A program made the position numbers and the translations under genes. A DNA stretch of 64,000 nucleotides from Candidatus Dadabacteria bacterium CSP1-2 (lineage in GTDB: Bacteria > Desulfobacterota_D > UBA1144 > Nemesobacterales > CSP1-2). The stretch's first letter is position 1. Each line of letters opens with the position of its first letter. The notes beneath the pieces were generated by a model. That model searched no databases and was not told the DNA's origin. It saw only the letters and a list, made by a program, of their open reading frames with translations. The DNA lies in the NCBI GenBank assembly GCA_001443445.1, contig LDXN01000003.1, positions 14,173 to 78,172 of the forward strand, read 5' to 3'. This document shows positions 18,272-28,101 of this stretch, one piece after another.

Positions 18272-20701
18272 ATGAGGTTCTTATTTAAAGAAGAGTATGC
18301 CGCCCAGCTTGCTCCTATAATAATAATCCCCCTTATCGCCATTGCGATGGCAATAGGTACTATATCGTTTGCGAATGCCCTCGGGTGGCTTGGAAAGCCC
18401 TTTCCAGGGTTTTTTTACTATAAAAATCTCGTTGTGTCATTCTATCAGAGAAGCGCCTGGATGGGAGGGAATAAGGGACCAAGAGCATATGACCTAATCA
18501 CAGAGGTCGAAGGTAAACCCGTCAAAACAGCCGATGAATTTAGAGAGGTATTCAATTCAAATAAAAATAAAGGATCCATTACCTACACAGTTAATCGGGA
18601 TGGAAAAGCCTCAAACTTCGCTGTAGATATAAAGGACCTTTCCATAGAGGATTTTTTCTTTGCCTTTCTACTCCCTTTTCTGCTAGGAATGTTTTTTCTC
18701 GTAGCCGGCGGGCTTGTGTACTTTGCAAAATCAAATAAGGCCACACTTGTAAACTTCTTTATGTGCCTTCTTATCGCCCTTTCCTATATGACAATGTTCG
18801 ATTCCAACACGACTTACAAATTCTCTCAGTTCTGGCTCATATACCCGCTATTTGGCGCAATCTCAGCACATCTTTTTCTTTTATTTCCTGAAGAGCGGGA
18901 TCTGGTAAAGAGAAACCGCTGGATAAGATACCTTCCTTATATCCCTGCACTTCTCTTGATACTTTTTAGATACCTTAGCGAGAATAATCCTTCACTTTCC
19001 ATCCTTTTTTCAAAGCTTTCTCTCTTATACATGGGTGGCATATTTGTACTAGATCTCAGTCTATTAATCGTGACGTACGCAAATACAAAAGAAGGCGTAA
19101 TAAAACAAAGGGCAAAAATAGTTGCTTTCGGTCTTGTGGTTGCATCTCTTATACCTGTTACTTGGAGCGCCCTTAATGCCCTATGGCGCCCGGTAGTAGG
19201 GTTCGATTATGCAATGGGATTAGCTATAGTTTTTCCTGCCCTTGTAGGATATGCAGCCACAAAAAGAAGATTCTTTGATATAGATCTGGTTATAAAAAAG
19301 AGCATAAGCTATGGCGCCCTAAGTGGGGCGCTTGTAATCCTTTATTTGATTATAGTCACGATTGTTAGCTTGCTTACCCAAACCCTATTTTCACTACACC
19401 GCTCCCCTATAGAACCGGTGATTTCAACACTAGTTATAGTCGTTGCATTTGATCCTATAAGAAGACATATCCAACACCTGATTGACAGGTTTTTCTATAG
19501 AGACCAATACAATCTTCAGCAAGGCTTTTTGGAACTTGGCCGTGAAATCGGCGGAGAGGGTTTTGACATAGATGAAATTGGAGAGCTTGTTGTGAGAAGA
19601 TTTTGCGAGCTCCTTAGACTCAACAGAGCTTATATATTCCTGAAAGAGGGGGCAGAAAGGTTTACGCTTAAGTATGGGGAACCAAATCCCAAAGATTTTA
19701 TCCCTATAAAGTTTCACAGAGGTACCAAAGGAAAACTCTCAAAAGGTCGTACGGTTGAGGTTGACGAGGTTATTTCCAACTTAGAGCTAGATACAAGTGA
19801 GTCGGAGAAGCTAAAAAACATTGGAGTTAGATACCTTATTCCAATGTTCACAAAAAGCGGTGTTTTAGGGATTATTGCCCTCAGTGAAAAGCTATCAAAG
19901 CTTCCTCTTTCAAGGGATGAAATAAAACTACTTGAGGGAGTAGCACATCAGACAGCAATAAGCATTGAAAACCTAAGGCTATACGAAGAAAAATCCCGTG
20001 ATGAAAGGCTTGCAACACGCGGGCAGGTTGCAAGCATGATAATCCATGAGATAAAAAATCCTCTTGGAATTATTCGAGTCTCCTCTGGTACACTCAAAAA
20101 GAAATTTGAAAAGGTGGACGATCAAGAGGGAAAAGAGCTTGCAACATTTATAGAAGAAGAAGTACTAAGGATGGATACCACGGCTAGGAAGTTTCTTTCA
20201 TATGTAAGGCCTCAAGAACCAAGTCTTGAATGGGTGAATATTAACGAGGTGATCAGAAAGGCTTTAAAGACCCTATCCACTGAGCTCGAATCCTTGAAAG
20301 TCGAGACAAGGCTTAAATCTAACCTTGATGAGATTGAAGCTGATGCAGACCAGCTTTATCAAACATTTATAAATCTTATATTAAACGCACGGGACGCCTC
20401 CCCATTTGGTGGAAGATTGATTATAAGGACAAATGAAAGAGACGGCGTGTGTGAGGTAGCTATAGCAGATACTGGCAAGGGTATTGAAAAGGGTGTAGTA
20501 GAGAGTATATTTAAACCATTCTATTCAGGGAAAAGGGGCGGTATCGGTCTTGGGCTTACTATAGCACACCAGATAGTTGAGAATCACGGGGGAAAAATCA
20601 GGGTTAAAAGTACCGAGGGACGCGGAACCGTTTTTCTCATAATCCTTCCCAAACGAAGAAAGGAGGCAAAGGATAAATGGAAGAAGTTATTTCTTTCCTA
20701 A
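18272..20701 (+). CDS. Membrane sensor histidine kinase (PDZ-like, multi-TM, GAF, HisKA-HATPase)
   Basis: H-box HEIKNPL, N-box NLILNA, DTGKGI, GIGLGL; D.ITEVEGKPV PDZ-like segment. Confidence 0.9.
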   Translation: MRFLFKEEYAAQLAPIIIIPLIAIAMAIGTISFANALGWLGKPFPGFFYYKNLVVSFYQRSAWMGGNKGPRAYDLITEVEGKPVKTADEFREVFNSNKNKGSITYTVNRDGKASNFAVDIKDLSIEDFFFAFLLPFLLGMFFLVAGGLVYFAKSNKATLVNFFMCLLIALSYMTMFDSNTTYKFSQFWLIYPLFGAISAHLFLLFPEERDLVKRNRWIRYLPYIPALLLILFRYLSENNPSLSILFSKLSLLYMGGIFVLDLSLLIVTYANTKEGVIKQRAKIVAFGLVVASLIPVTWSALNALWRPVVGFDYAMGLAIVFPALVGYAATKRRFFDIDLVIKKSISYGALSGALVILYLIIVTIVSLLTQTLFSLHRSPIEPVISTLVIVVAFDPIRRHIQHLIDRFFYRDQYNLQQGFLELGREIGGEGFDIDEIGELVVRRFCELLRLNRAYIFLKEGAERFTLKYGEPNPKDFIPIKFHRGTKGKLSKGRTVEVDEVISNLELDTSESEKLKNIGVRYLIPMFTKSGVLGIIALSEKLSKLPLSRDEIKLLEGVAHQTAISIENLRLYEEKSRDERLATRGQVASMIIHEIKNPLGIIRVSSGTLKKKFEKVDDQEGKELATFIEEEVLRMDTTARKFLSYVRPQEPSLEWVNINEVIRKALKTLSTELESLKVETRLKSNLDEIEADADQLYQTFINLILNARDASPFGGRLIIRTNERDGVCEVAIADTGKGIEKGVVESIFKPFYSGKRGGIGLGLTIAHQIVENHGGKIRVKSTEGRGTVFLIILPKRRKEAKDKWKKLFLS

Positions 20702-22062
20702 CAAATATTTACGTAACAAATCCTGAACTTGTCTTAATAGGCGGCGGCAGCGGCGTAATATTATTTTCCGCACTCCTTTTCTTCCTAAGGGGAAAGAAAA
20801 CCAAACATAGACTAGAAGGAGTAGAAACAGCTCATATTTCCCATGTCGAAAACGCTTCTGTCGAATCCTTACATAACATTGAAGAAGAGATAATTGACGA
20901 AGAAGTATTAGAACCCGAAGAGGGTATGAGCGAGGAATTAACAGAAGAGGAAGCTCAAGAGGATGTCGAGATAGACGTACCTGAAGTTGAGCCCGACGTG
21001 CTTGAGGAAGGCATTAGAGCAAGAGAAGACTTTCGTGAGCCCTTCGACCCTGCTCAGGACAGGCTTCAGTCGAACGATGAAACCGCGGTCCATGAAAAGA
21101 AAATTGAAGAGGATCCAGAACAGACAGAGGAGGGGCTTTTCTCAAGGCTTCGTGCTGGGCTTTCCAAAACCCAGGCCGGGCTTCTAGGAAAACTCGACGA
21201 AGTGCTAAGGCATAGAAAGGAGATTAATGATAATCTCTGGGACGATTTTGAGGAGACATTAGTTACAGCAGATTTAGGTGTGGGAACCACGATGAATTTA
21301 AGAAACGAGATTGAGAATAAGCTCACAAAGAAGTCACTCCGCGACCCCATGCTTATAAAGGGCGCTCTTAGAGAGGAAATCCTACGCGTACTAAAAAATG
21401 CAGAAGCTACTATTCCGGCGCTTAATGCAAAACCGTTTGTAATAATGGTTGCAGGTGTAAACGGTGTAGGAAAAACAACAACAATAGGAAAATTGGCATA
21501 CAAATTCAGGAAAGAGGGAAAAGGCGTTATGGTTGCCGCTGCCGACACATTCAGAGCAGCAGCCGTAGAGCAGCTTGAAATCTGGGCAAATCGCGTGGGG
21601 AGTGATTTCTTGAAAGGACAGAGCGGTGCGGACCCTTCAGCGGTAGCATTTGACGCAGTCAGAGCAGCTAAGGCTCGCGGAACAGATGTCCTCATAATTG
21701 ACACAGCAGGAAGGCTTCATACAAAAGCTAATCTTATGGAGGAGCTTAAAAAGGTAAGAAGGGTTATAGGACGTGAGCTTGAAGGTGCTCCACATGAGAC
21801 TCTTCTTATACTTGATGCTACAACTGGTCAAAATGCCATTCAGCAGGCGAAGAAGTTTAAAGAGGCGGTAGAGGTCACAGGGATAGTACTTACAAAACTC
21901 GATGGAACCGCTAAGGGCGGGGTTATTGTAGCGATTGCAGACGAGTTAAAGATCCCAGTAAAATTCATTGGAATAGGCGAAAGATTAGGAGATCTAAGGG
22001 AATTTAAAGCAGAGGAATTTGTCGAGGCACTATTCCTTACAGGCAAAGAAACCCTACATTAA
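20677..22062 (+). CDS. ftsY: SRP receptor FtsY with N-terminal TM anchor and acidic region
   Basis: GVNGVGKTTT, DTFRAAA, DTAGR, TKLDGTAKGG. Confidence 0.97.
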   Translation: MEEVISFLTNIYVTNPELVLIGGGSGVILFSALLFFLRGKKTKHRLEGVETAHISHVENASVESLHNIEEEIIDEEVLEPEEGMSEELTEEEAQEDVEIDVPEVEPDVLEEGIRAREDFREPFDPAQDRLQSNDETAVHEKKIEEDPEQTEEGLFSRLRAGLSKTQAGLLGKLDEVLRHRKEINDNLWDDFEETLVTADLGVGTTMNLRNEIENKLTKKSLRDPMLIKGALREEILRVLKNAEATIPALNAKPFVIMVAGVNGVGKTTTIGKLAYKFRKEGKGVMVAAADTFRAAAVEQLEIWANRVGSDFLKGQSGADPSAVAFDAVRAAKARGTDVLIIDTAGRLHTKANLMEELKKVRRVIGRELEGAPHETLLILDATTGQNAIQQAKKFKEAVEVTGIVLTKLDGTAKGGVIVAIADELKIPVKFIGIGERLGDLREFKAEEFVEALFLTGKETLH

Positions 22063-22064
22063 CT

Positions 22065-22308
22065 AATTTCGAAATGCAGATTGTAGACGGCGGATTAAAA
22101 AATTTATTTAGCAACAAATGAAACTACAAATCCCAAATTACAAGCACCAAATCATAAACAATCACCAAGCTCTAAATTCCAAGTTCCAAGCGTTTGAATT
22201 TGGATTTTTGGATTTGTTTGGAATTTGTGATTTGGTTATTGGAGCTTAAGTTTTTGTGGCTAATTAAACATCTTTTATTCCGCAACCCGAATTCCCAAAT
22301 CCGCAATC
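22065..22308. repeat. Nested inverted arrays of degenerate 7-bp repeats
   Basis: Outer arms ATTTCGA/ATTGCGG-like ... AATCCGC-like; inner arms AAATCCC/AAGCACC ... TTTGGAT/TTGGTTA. Confidence 0.75.
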
Positions 22309-22317
22309 TCAAACTGG

Positions 22318-23442
22318 ATGCCAAAGAATCCTGACTCAAAATTTATGTCAATTGCCCTCAGGCTCGCAAGGCGTACCGAGGGTAAGACAAGCCCTAACCC
22401 GCTTGTAGGAGCTGTTGTTGTAAGAAGAGGCAAGATCCTTGGAATGGGATACCATAAAAAGGCAGGGCTTCCTCATGCAGAGATTGAGGCATTTTTGGAT
22501 GCAGAAAGAAATGGACATAATCTTAAAGGATCTACCCTCTATGTCACCCTTGAGCCTTGCTCTCACACCGGTAAAAGAACGCCTCCATGCGTCAACGCAA
22601 TCATTGAGAGAGGAATATCAAAAGTGGTTTTAGGGACAATTGATTTAAACCCTAGGGTAAACGGAAAGGGTTTAAAAATTTTAAGAGCAAAAGGAATAAA
22701 GGTAAAGGCAGGAGTCCTTGAAGAAAAATGCAGAGAGATTAACGAGCCCTTTTTTAAATATGTAGCTACCGGGAAACCATTTATAATTTTAAAGCTTGCT
22801 GCAACCCTTGACGGAAAGATAGCTACCTTCACAGGTGATTCAAAATGGATTGGAAGTGAACTTCAAAGGAAATATGCACACAGGTTAAGGAATAAGGTTG
22901 ACGCAATCCTTGTTGGAATTGGAACAGTGCTTCGAGATAATCCAGAGCTTACCGTAAGGCTTGGGAAAAAATCCAACCGACAACCTACGCCAATAGTTCT
23001 TGACAGCAGGCTTAAAATTCCAGTTGAATCTAACCTTATTGCTCTTCAAAGAAATCCTATTATAGCTACAACTCAGCTTGCTGACCCCATAAAGCTAAAG
23101 GACTTAGAAAAAACAGGGGCAAAGGTGTTGGTTATAGAACAGGATGAAAACGGACAGGTTGACATTTTGAAACTTGTTAAAAAACTTGGCGAAATGGAGA
23201 TTACTAGCGTTCTAGTAGAAGGGGGCGGCGATGTCGGAGCATCTTTTTTAAAGAAGGGAATTGTAGACAAGGTCGTCTTTTTCTACGCACCCAAGATAAT
23301 CGGGCGTGAAGGAGTAAGCATGGTTGGAAAGCTTGGAGTCTCTAAGGTCAAGGATGCACTCTCCATAAGAACGGTCAAGGTAAAAAAGATCGGGGAAGAG
23401 TTTGTGGTCGAAGGGTACACTCTCGTGAATCGTAACTCGTGA
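22318..23442 (+). CDS. ribD: Bifunctional riboflavin deaminase/reductase
   Basis: PNPLVGA, HAE, TLEPCSH..TPPC, LDGKIA, VEGG. Confidence 0.97.
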   Translation: MPKNPDSKFMSIALRLARRTEGKTSPNPLVGAVVVRRGKILGMGYHKKAGLPHAEIEAFLDAERNGHNLKGSTLYVTLEPCSHTGKRTPPCVNAIIERGISKVVLGTIDLNPRVNGKGLKILRAKGIKVKAGVLEEKCREINEPFFKYVATGKPFIILKLAATLDGKIATFTGDSKWIGSELQRKYAHRLRNKVDAILVGIGTVLRDNPELTVRLGKKSNRQPTPIVLDSRLKIPVESNLIALQRNPIIATTQLADPIKLKDLEKTGAKVLVIEQDENGQVDILKLVKKLGEMEITSVLVEGGGDVGASFLKKGIVDKVVFFYAPKIIGREGVSMVGKLGVSKVKDALSIRTVKVKKIGEEFVVEGYTLVNRNS

Positions 23443-23480
23443 TTCGTGAATCGCAAACCCCGAGTCACAAGCCACGAAAT
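23423..23480. repeat. 7-bp-period inverted repeat (TCGTGAA/TCACGAA type), overlaps ribD stop
   Basis: tcgtgaatcgtaactcgtgattcgtgaatcgc ... gtcacaagccacga. Confidence 0.7.
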
Positions 23481-23505
23481 TGAAATGGTATAATCTAAGG
23501 TTAAA

Positions 23506-24186
23506 ATGGAAAAAAAGTCCAGAATGAAAATCGGGCTTTTTGGCGGGACGTTTAACCCAATACACATTGGTCATCTAAGGGCAGCGGAAGAGTTAAGAGA
23601 GATTCTTCAACTCGAGAAGATTTATTTTATTCCCGCTTCAGTGCCTCCGCTTAAGGATCTAAAAAACATAGCTTCCCCTTCCCACCGCCTAAGAATGGTA
23701 GAAATAGCAATTGAGGAAAATCCCTTTTTCCAGTCAAGTGATGTTGAATTAAAGCGTGAAGGACCTTCCTATACCATTGATACCCTTAGATTTTTTTCCT
23801 CTAAATTCCCAGAGTTTGAGCTTTGCTTTATACTTGGTTCTGAGTTATTTTCCGAGATAGATAGCTGGAAGGAGTACAATAAGCTCTTTGAACTCACGCA
23901 TTTTGCTGTTATTACAAGACCCGGTTTTTCTAAGAACCTTCTTCCTTCATTACCACTTGCACTCAAGGATGATTTTATATATCATAGTGACGAACATAAC
24001 TTGATAGTTTATCTACACAAGACTTCAAAAACATTGGCTCTAGTACAAATCGAAGGTATTCAAGTATCCTCCACCCAGATAAGGGATTTAATATATAAGA
24101 ATAAATCCATTAAATACCTAGTGCCCAAGGAGGTAGAAAGGTATATCTTTGATCATAATCTCTATAAAAAGGAGGCACCTCAATAA
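23506..24186 (+). CDS. nadD: Nicotinate-nucleotide adenylyltransferase
   Basis: GGTFNPIHIGH, SYTIDTL, VSSTQIR. Confidence 0.96.
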   Translation: MEKKSRMKIGLFGGTFNPIHIGHLRAAEELREILQLEKIYFIPASVPPLKDLKNIASPSHRLRMVEIAIEENPFFQSSDVELKREGPSYTIDTLRFFSSKFPEFELCFILGSELFSEIDSWKEYNKLFELTHFAVITRPGFSKNLLPSLPLALKDDFIYHSDEHNLIVYLHKTSKTLALVQIEGIQVSSTQIRDLIYKNKSIKYLVPKEVERYIFDHNLYKKEAPQ

Positions 24187-24566
24187 AGTCTAAGGAAAAG
24201 GCTATCGCCCTCGCGAATGCGGCCTGGGAAAAAAAGGCCCAGGACACAGTAGTTATTGAGATGAAGGCACTCAGCGATTTTACAGATTACTTTCTAATTT
24301 GCGGTGCCGACTCAGATAGAGGTGTTAGAACAATCGCTGATAACATAGAAAAGAAACTGAAAGAACTCGGAGAAAGAGTAATCGGTGTTGAAGGATATGC
24401 AGAAGGTAAATGGGTACTTATAGACGCGGTTGACGTTGTGGTACATGTGCTTTACGAACCCATAAGAAGGTTTTACGACATCGAAGGTTTATGGATTGAC
24501 GCCCCTCGTATTAAGCTTCCATTTGAGGACGGATTTCCGAAGAAGGCTAAAAAGTCTGAGGAATAG
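24183..24566 (+). CDS. rsfS: Ribosome silencing factor; probable ATA start at 24183 (ORF track start 24261)
   Basis: WVLIDA.DVVVHV...R.FYDIEGLW; in-frame upstream AWEKKAQDTVV; SD AAGGAGG 7 nt before ATA. Confidence 0.9.
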   Translation: MKSKEKAIALANAAWEKKAQDTVVIEMKALSDFTDYFLICGADSDRGVRTIADNIEKKLKELGERVIGVEGYAEGKWVLIDAVDVVVHVLYEPIRRFYDIEGLWIDAPRIKLPFEDGFPKKAKKSEE

Positions 24567-24595
24567 TATGTTTAAAACTCCCTGGAGGAATATAT

Positions 24596-25135
24596 ATGGA
24601 TCAAGGCATTAAAATCGGAGATAAAGCCCCTGATTTTAACCTTCCGAGTGTTGATGGAAAAAACTATTCACTTTCTGACTTTAAGGATAAAAGTGTATTG
24701 ATTGTAGCGTTTACCTGTAACCATTGTCCTTACGTACAAGCTTATGAAGAAAGATTCATCGCACTTCAGAATGAGTTTAAAGAAAAAGGAGTAACCCTTA
24801 TTGGTATAAATTCGAATGACGATAAGAATTACCCAGAGGATAGCTTTGAAAATATGGTTAAAAGAGCGGAGGATAAGGGTTATAACTTCCCATACCTAAG
24901 GGATAAGTCACAAAAGGTAGCACATGCATATGGGGCAACTCATACACCTCATCTTTTCGTATTCGATGAGGAGAGAAAGTTACGTTACACGGGAAAAATC
25001 GATGATAACTGGCGTGAACCCGATAAGGTTAAGGAACGTTTTCTTAGGGATGCCATACTAGCCCTTCATGAAAAAAAGAAGATTAAAAACCCAGAAACCT
25101 ATGCAATCGGTTGTACAATAAAATGGGCGAGGTAA
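24596..25135 (+). CDS. Thioredoxin-like AhpC/TSA family protein
   Basis: APDFNLP, CNHCPYV, YPEDSFENM, AIGCTIKW. Confidence 0.92.
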   Translation: MDQGIKIGDKAPDFNLPSVDGKNYSLSDFKDKSVLIVAFTCNHCPYVQAYEERFIALQNEFKEKGVTLIGINSNDDKNYPEDSFENMVKRAEDKGYNFPYLRDKSQKVAHAYGATHTPHLFVFDEERKLRYTGKIDDNWREPDKVKERFLRDAILALHEKKKIKNPETYAIGCTIKWAR

Positions 25136-25139
25136 ATTT

Positions 25140-26163
25140 GGGCAACCGTAGCTCGACCGTGCTCGCCACAGGCAAGGGTTGCCACTCCAATTGGGAAAAG
25201 ATTTGCTTCCTAACGATCATAAAGACTGCTGGGCTTACGCAAAATCCGGCAAACAAAACTTAGGATTGCACTTACTGTTTAATCTTCAAAAAGCACTGGT
25301 TAATCGCATTTTATTCACCTTGCACTAGTTTGAACCAAATGTGATAACAAGGTAAAACAATTGCTCACACCACGCCTTCGAAGAAAATTTGCTAGAAGTT
25401 AACTCTGATAGGATTCAAATAAGGAGGTAATGGTTTTTACCGCGTTTAAAATCAGGTGTCAAGACCTAATTTTAAAAATCCTACTTTAGTCCTACAACCA
25501 AAGTCCTATAACTTGACCTAGGCCCCCCTCTCCCTGCAACTAAGGCGCTCGTGCTGTCATACCAGAATTTGGTAAAGGTGTATCTATACCATACCCCTTT
25601 ACCCTAGGTTCGCAACACTCGGCTATCATGTTGTTATCATTTGAAAATGATCTCTCTATAGCTGCGACTTTCCAGTCGCAGATTTTTATAATGGAAATTT
25701 ATCACGCCTGCCCTGAGCCTGGTCCGCGATTTAATCGGGGAAGGGGAGACCCTCCTACCCAAGGGGCTCGTAACCTGTCATACCCGAGCGCAGTTACCGG
25801 GTATCCATACTTTTTTTGGATTCCCAATAAAGCTTGTACCCACATGCCTTTAATGGGTAACGTTTGGGAATGACATTGCAAAATGGATTCCCGCTAAAAA
25901 TTGTATCCGCATGCTTTAAGAGGGTAACACGCGAGAATAACTACTACTGTCATGCCGAAATCGGTAATCGGACATCCATGCCATATTCCCTACTCCGAGG
26001 TTAGAAGACCTCGGATGTCAAGATGTAAATATTTGAATATAATTATCCTATAGCTGCGACTTCACAGTCGCCGATTTGTATACAGAATTTATCGCGGCAG
26101 GGCCTGTCCTGAGTGGTTCGATTAAACTCACCACAGGCTCTGTCGAAGGGATGCCGCTCCTAC
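25140..26163. repeat. Mosaic of REP-like palindromes, several nested; includes ~105-115 bp direct repeat (25656-25758, 26048-26163)
   Basis: CTATAGCTGCGACTT..CAGTCGC...CTCCTAC twice; TGTCAT.CC...ATCCA / TGGATTCCC...GGGAATGACA units; CTGAG...GTCGAAGGG units. Confidence 0.8.
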
Positions 26164-26215
26164 GACACTCTTATATGGCAGCAGAAAAAAAACATGGTAA
26201 ATTAGTAATTCACCT

Positions 26216-27619
26216 ATGCCCCAATTTTACTTTCCTAGCGAAGACACAGTTGCAGCGATTGCTACGCCGCCCGGAGAAGGCGGGATAGCGGTAATAAGAA
26301 TAAGCGGAAGGGATGCTATAAGTATCCTTGAAAAGGTTTTTAAACGAGAGGGAGAGAGAAACCTCAAGGATATGAAATCGCATAGGTTTTATAAAGGTCA
26401 TATAGTTGGCACTAATTCGACTGTCGTTATTGATTCAGTCCTTTGTGTCTTAATGAAATCACCACACTCTTACACAGGAGAAGACGTGGCTGAGATCCAT
26501 TGTCATGGTGGGTATCTAGTCCCTAAAAATATACTCAATTTGCTTTTCAATCATGGGGTAAGACCGGCAAGACCAGGAGAGTTTACTCTAAGGGCATTTA
26601 TGAACGGAAGGATGGATCTCGCTCAGGCTGAAGCAGTAGCCGATGTGGTTAAGGCCCAAACCAATGAGAGCTTAAAGCAGGCTGAGCTCCAGCTTGAGGG
26701 TATTCTATCGAGCAGGATACATGAATTCAAAGAAATCGTGCTTGATGCCCTAGCAGAGATCGAAGCCCAGGTAGATTTCCCTGAAGAGGACATTGATCCT
26801 ATAATAAGGGAAGAAATTATTCAACGTATTTCAGAGCTTATCGATCGAATGAATGGGCTCTTATCAACCTTTGAAGAGGGCAGAATCCTAAAACATGGTG
26901 TCTGCACAGCTATAATTGGAAAACCCAATGTTGGTAAATCAAGCCTTCTTAACCAGCTCCTTATGAAAGAACGGGCTATTGTAAGCTCTACACCAGGTAC
27001 AACTAGGGATTTTATTGAAGAGGCTGTAGATATTCGAGGGATACCTATAAGACTCGTGGATACTGCAGGGCTTAGGGTAAGTGCTGATGAAGTTGAGAAA
27101 GTGGGTGTAGTTCTAGCCAATAAAAAGGCTGATGAAGCAGAGTTAATAATCGCCCTAGTTGATGGAAGCGCTCCCTTAGATAACGACGACCACGAGGTTT
27201 TAAATAGAATTAAGAATAGAAAGGCCGTCCTTGCCATAAACAAATCTGACCTTTCTCAAAAGATCTCAGAAATCACCCTTTTTAATTTTATACTTAAAGA
27301 TAAAACCGTTAAAACATCAGCCAAACTAGGTTCAGGTATAGAAGAGTTGAAAGATTTAATAAGAGACGTTCTTTTTGAAAACAAAAAATCGGTTGAAAGC
27401 ACTGAGGTAATAATATCAGAACTTAGGCATAAGGTGGCAATTCAGACAGCAAGGGATAATCTTGTAGAGTTTTTAAAAGCCTTTAAAATAGGAGAATCGC
27501 CTGAATTTCTCGCAGTGAGTCTGAGGTCTTCATTGACGTCCTTAGGAGAGATCACAGGAGAAACAACAACAGAAGATATCCTTGGACGGATATTCAGTAA
27601 ATTTTGTATAGGGAAATAA
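26216..27619 (+). CDS. mnmE: tRNA modification GTPase
   Basis: DT.AAIATPPG.GGIAVIRISG, GKPNVGKSS, GTTRD, DTAG, FSKFCIGK. Confidence 0.98.
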   Translation: MPQFYFPSEDTVAAIATPPGEGGIAVIRISGRDAISILEKVFKREGERNLKDMKSHRFYKGHIVGTNSTVVIDSVLCVLMKSPHSYTGEDVAEIHCHGGYLVPKNILNLLFNHGVRPARPGEFTLRAFMNGRMDLAQAEAVADVVKAQTNESLKQAELQLEGILSSRIHEFKEIVLDALAEIEAQVDFPEEDIDPIIREEIIQRISELIDRMNGLLSTFEEGRILKHGVCTAIIGKPNVGKSSLLNQLLMKERAIVSSTPGTTRDFIEEAVDIRGIPIRLVDTAGLRVSADEVEKVGVVLANKKADEAELIIALVDGSAPLDNDDHEVLNRIKNRKAVLAINKSDLSQKISEITLFNFILKDKTVKTSAKLGSGIEELKDLIRDVLFENKKSVESTEVIISELRHKVAIQTARDNLVEFLKAFKIGESPEFLAVSLRSSLTSLGEITGETTTEDILGRIFSKFCIGK

Positions 27620-27630
27620 ACCCTTAGGAA

Positions 27631-27646
27631 TGTTTCACGTGAAACA
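27631..27646. promoter_or_regulatory. parS centromere-like site
   Basis: Exact consensus palindrome TGTTTCACGTGAAACA. Confidence 0.93.
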
Positions 27647-27655
27647 ATCACAACC

Positions 27656-27770
27656 TGTGGATAAAAATTTCACAAATGTGAACGCTTTTATATACATAAA
27701 ACTCAATAATTACAGATAGTTGTGAAATTTATAATCCTAGTGCAAAAAATTATCCACAATCCATCCACAG
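27656..27770. promoter_or_regulatory. DnaA-box cluster
   Basis: TGTGGATAA (27656), TTATCCACA (27750), near-match CCATCCACA (27761). Confidence 0.75.
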
Positions 27771-28101
27771 CCAATTTACTAAGTAATTACATGCTTTTTT
27801 TCAAATACCTAGTTAATGTACTCATGGAGAAAGCCTTAAATAAGGGTTTGGTGAGGCTCGATCGTTTTCTGATTCTATTATCCCAAGAAAAACCGACTCT
27901 TTTTGAAAATAGCATAGTTCTTCTCTCTGATTTCACCCTCTGTACGGGCTCTTTCTACAAGCTTTGCCTCCAAAGGGACCAAAAATGACCAGTATCGGAG
28001 GAGAATTTTTTAATCTTGGTAAAAACGGTGTCTTGGTTTATAGATGCTAAACCTACAAAAAGCAAAAATATGATGTAATATACAATCGAAGTTTACTGTT
28101 A

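Noticed and set aside
22065-22308. Heptamer arrays as CRISPR or ncRNA gene
   Set aside because: No constant repeat with unique spacers, and no RNA family motif that I recognise
25628-26288. ORFs 25628-25873 and 26076-26288
   Set aside because: They are translations of nested palindromic repeats
27722-27988. 88-aa ORF
   Set aside because: Overlaps DnaA boxes, has no SD and no protein-like motif
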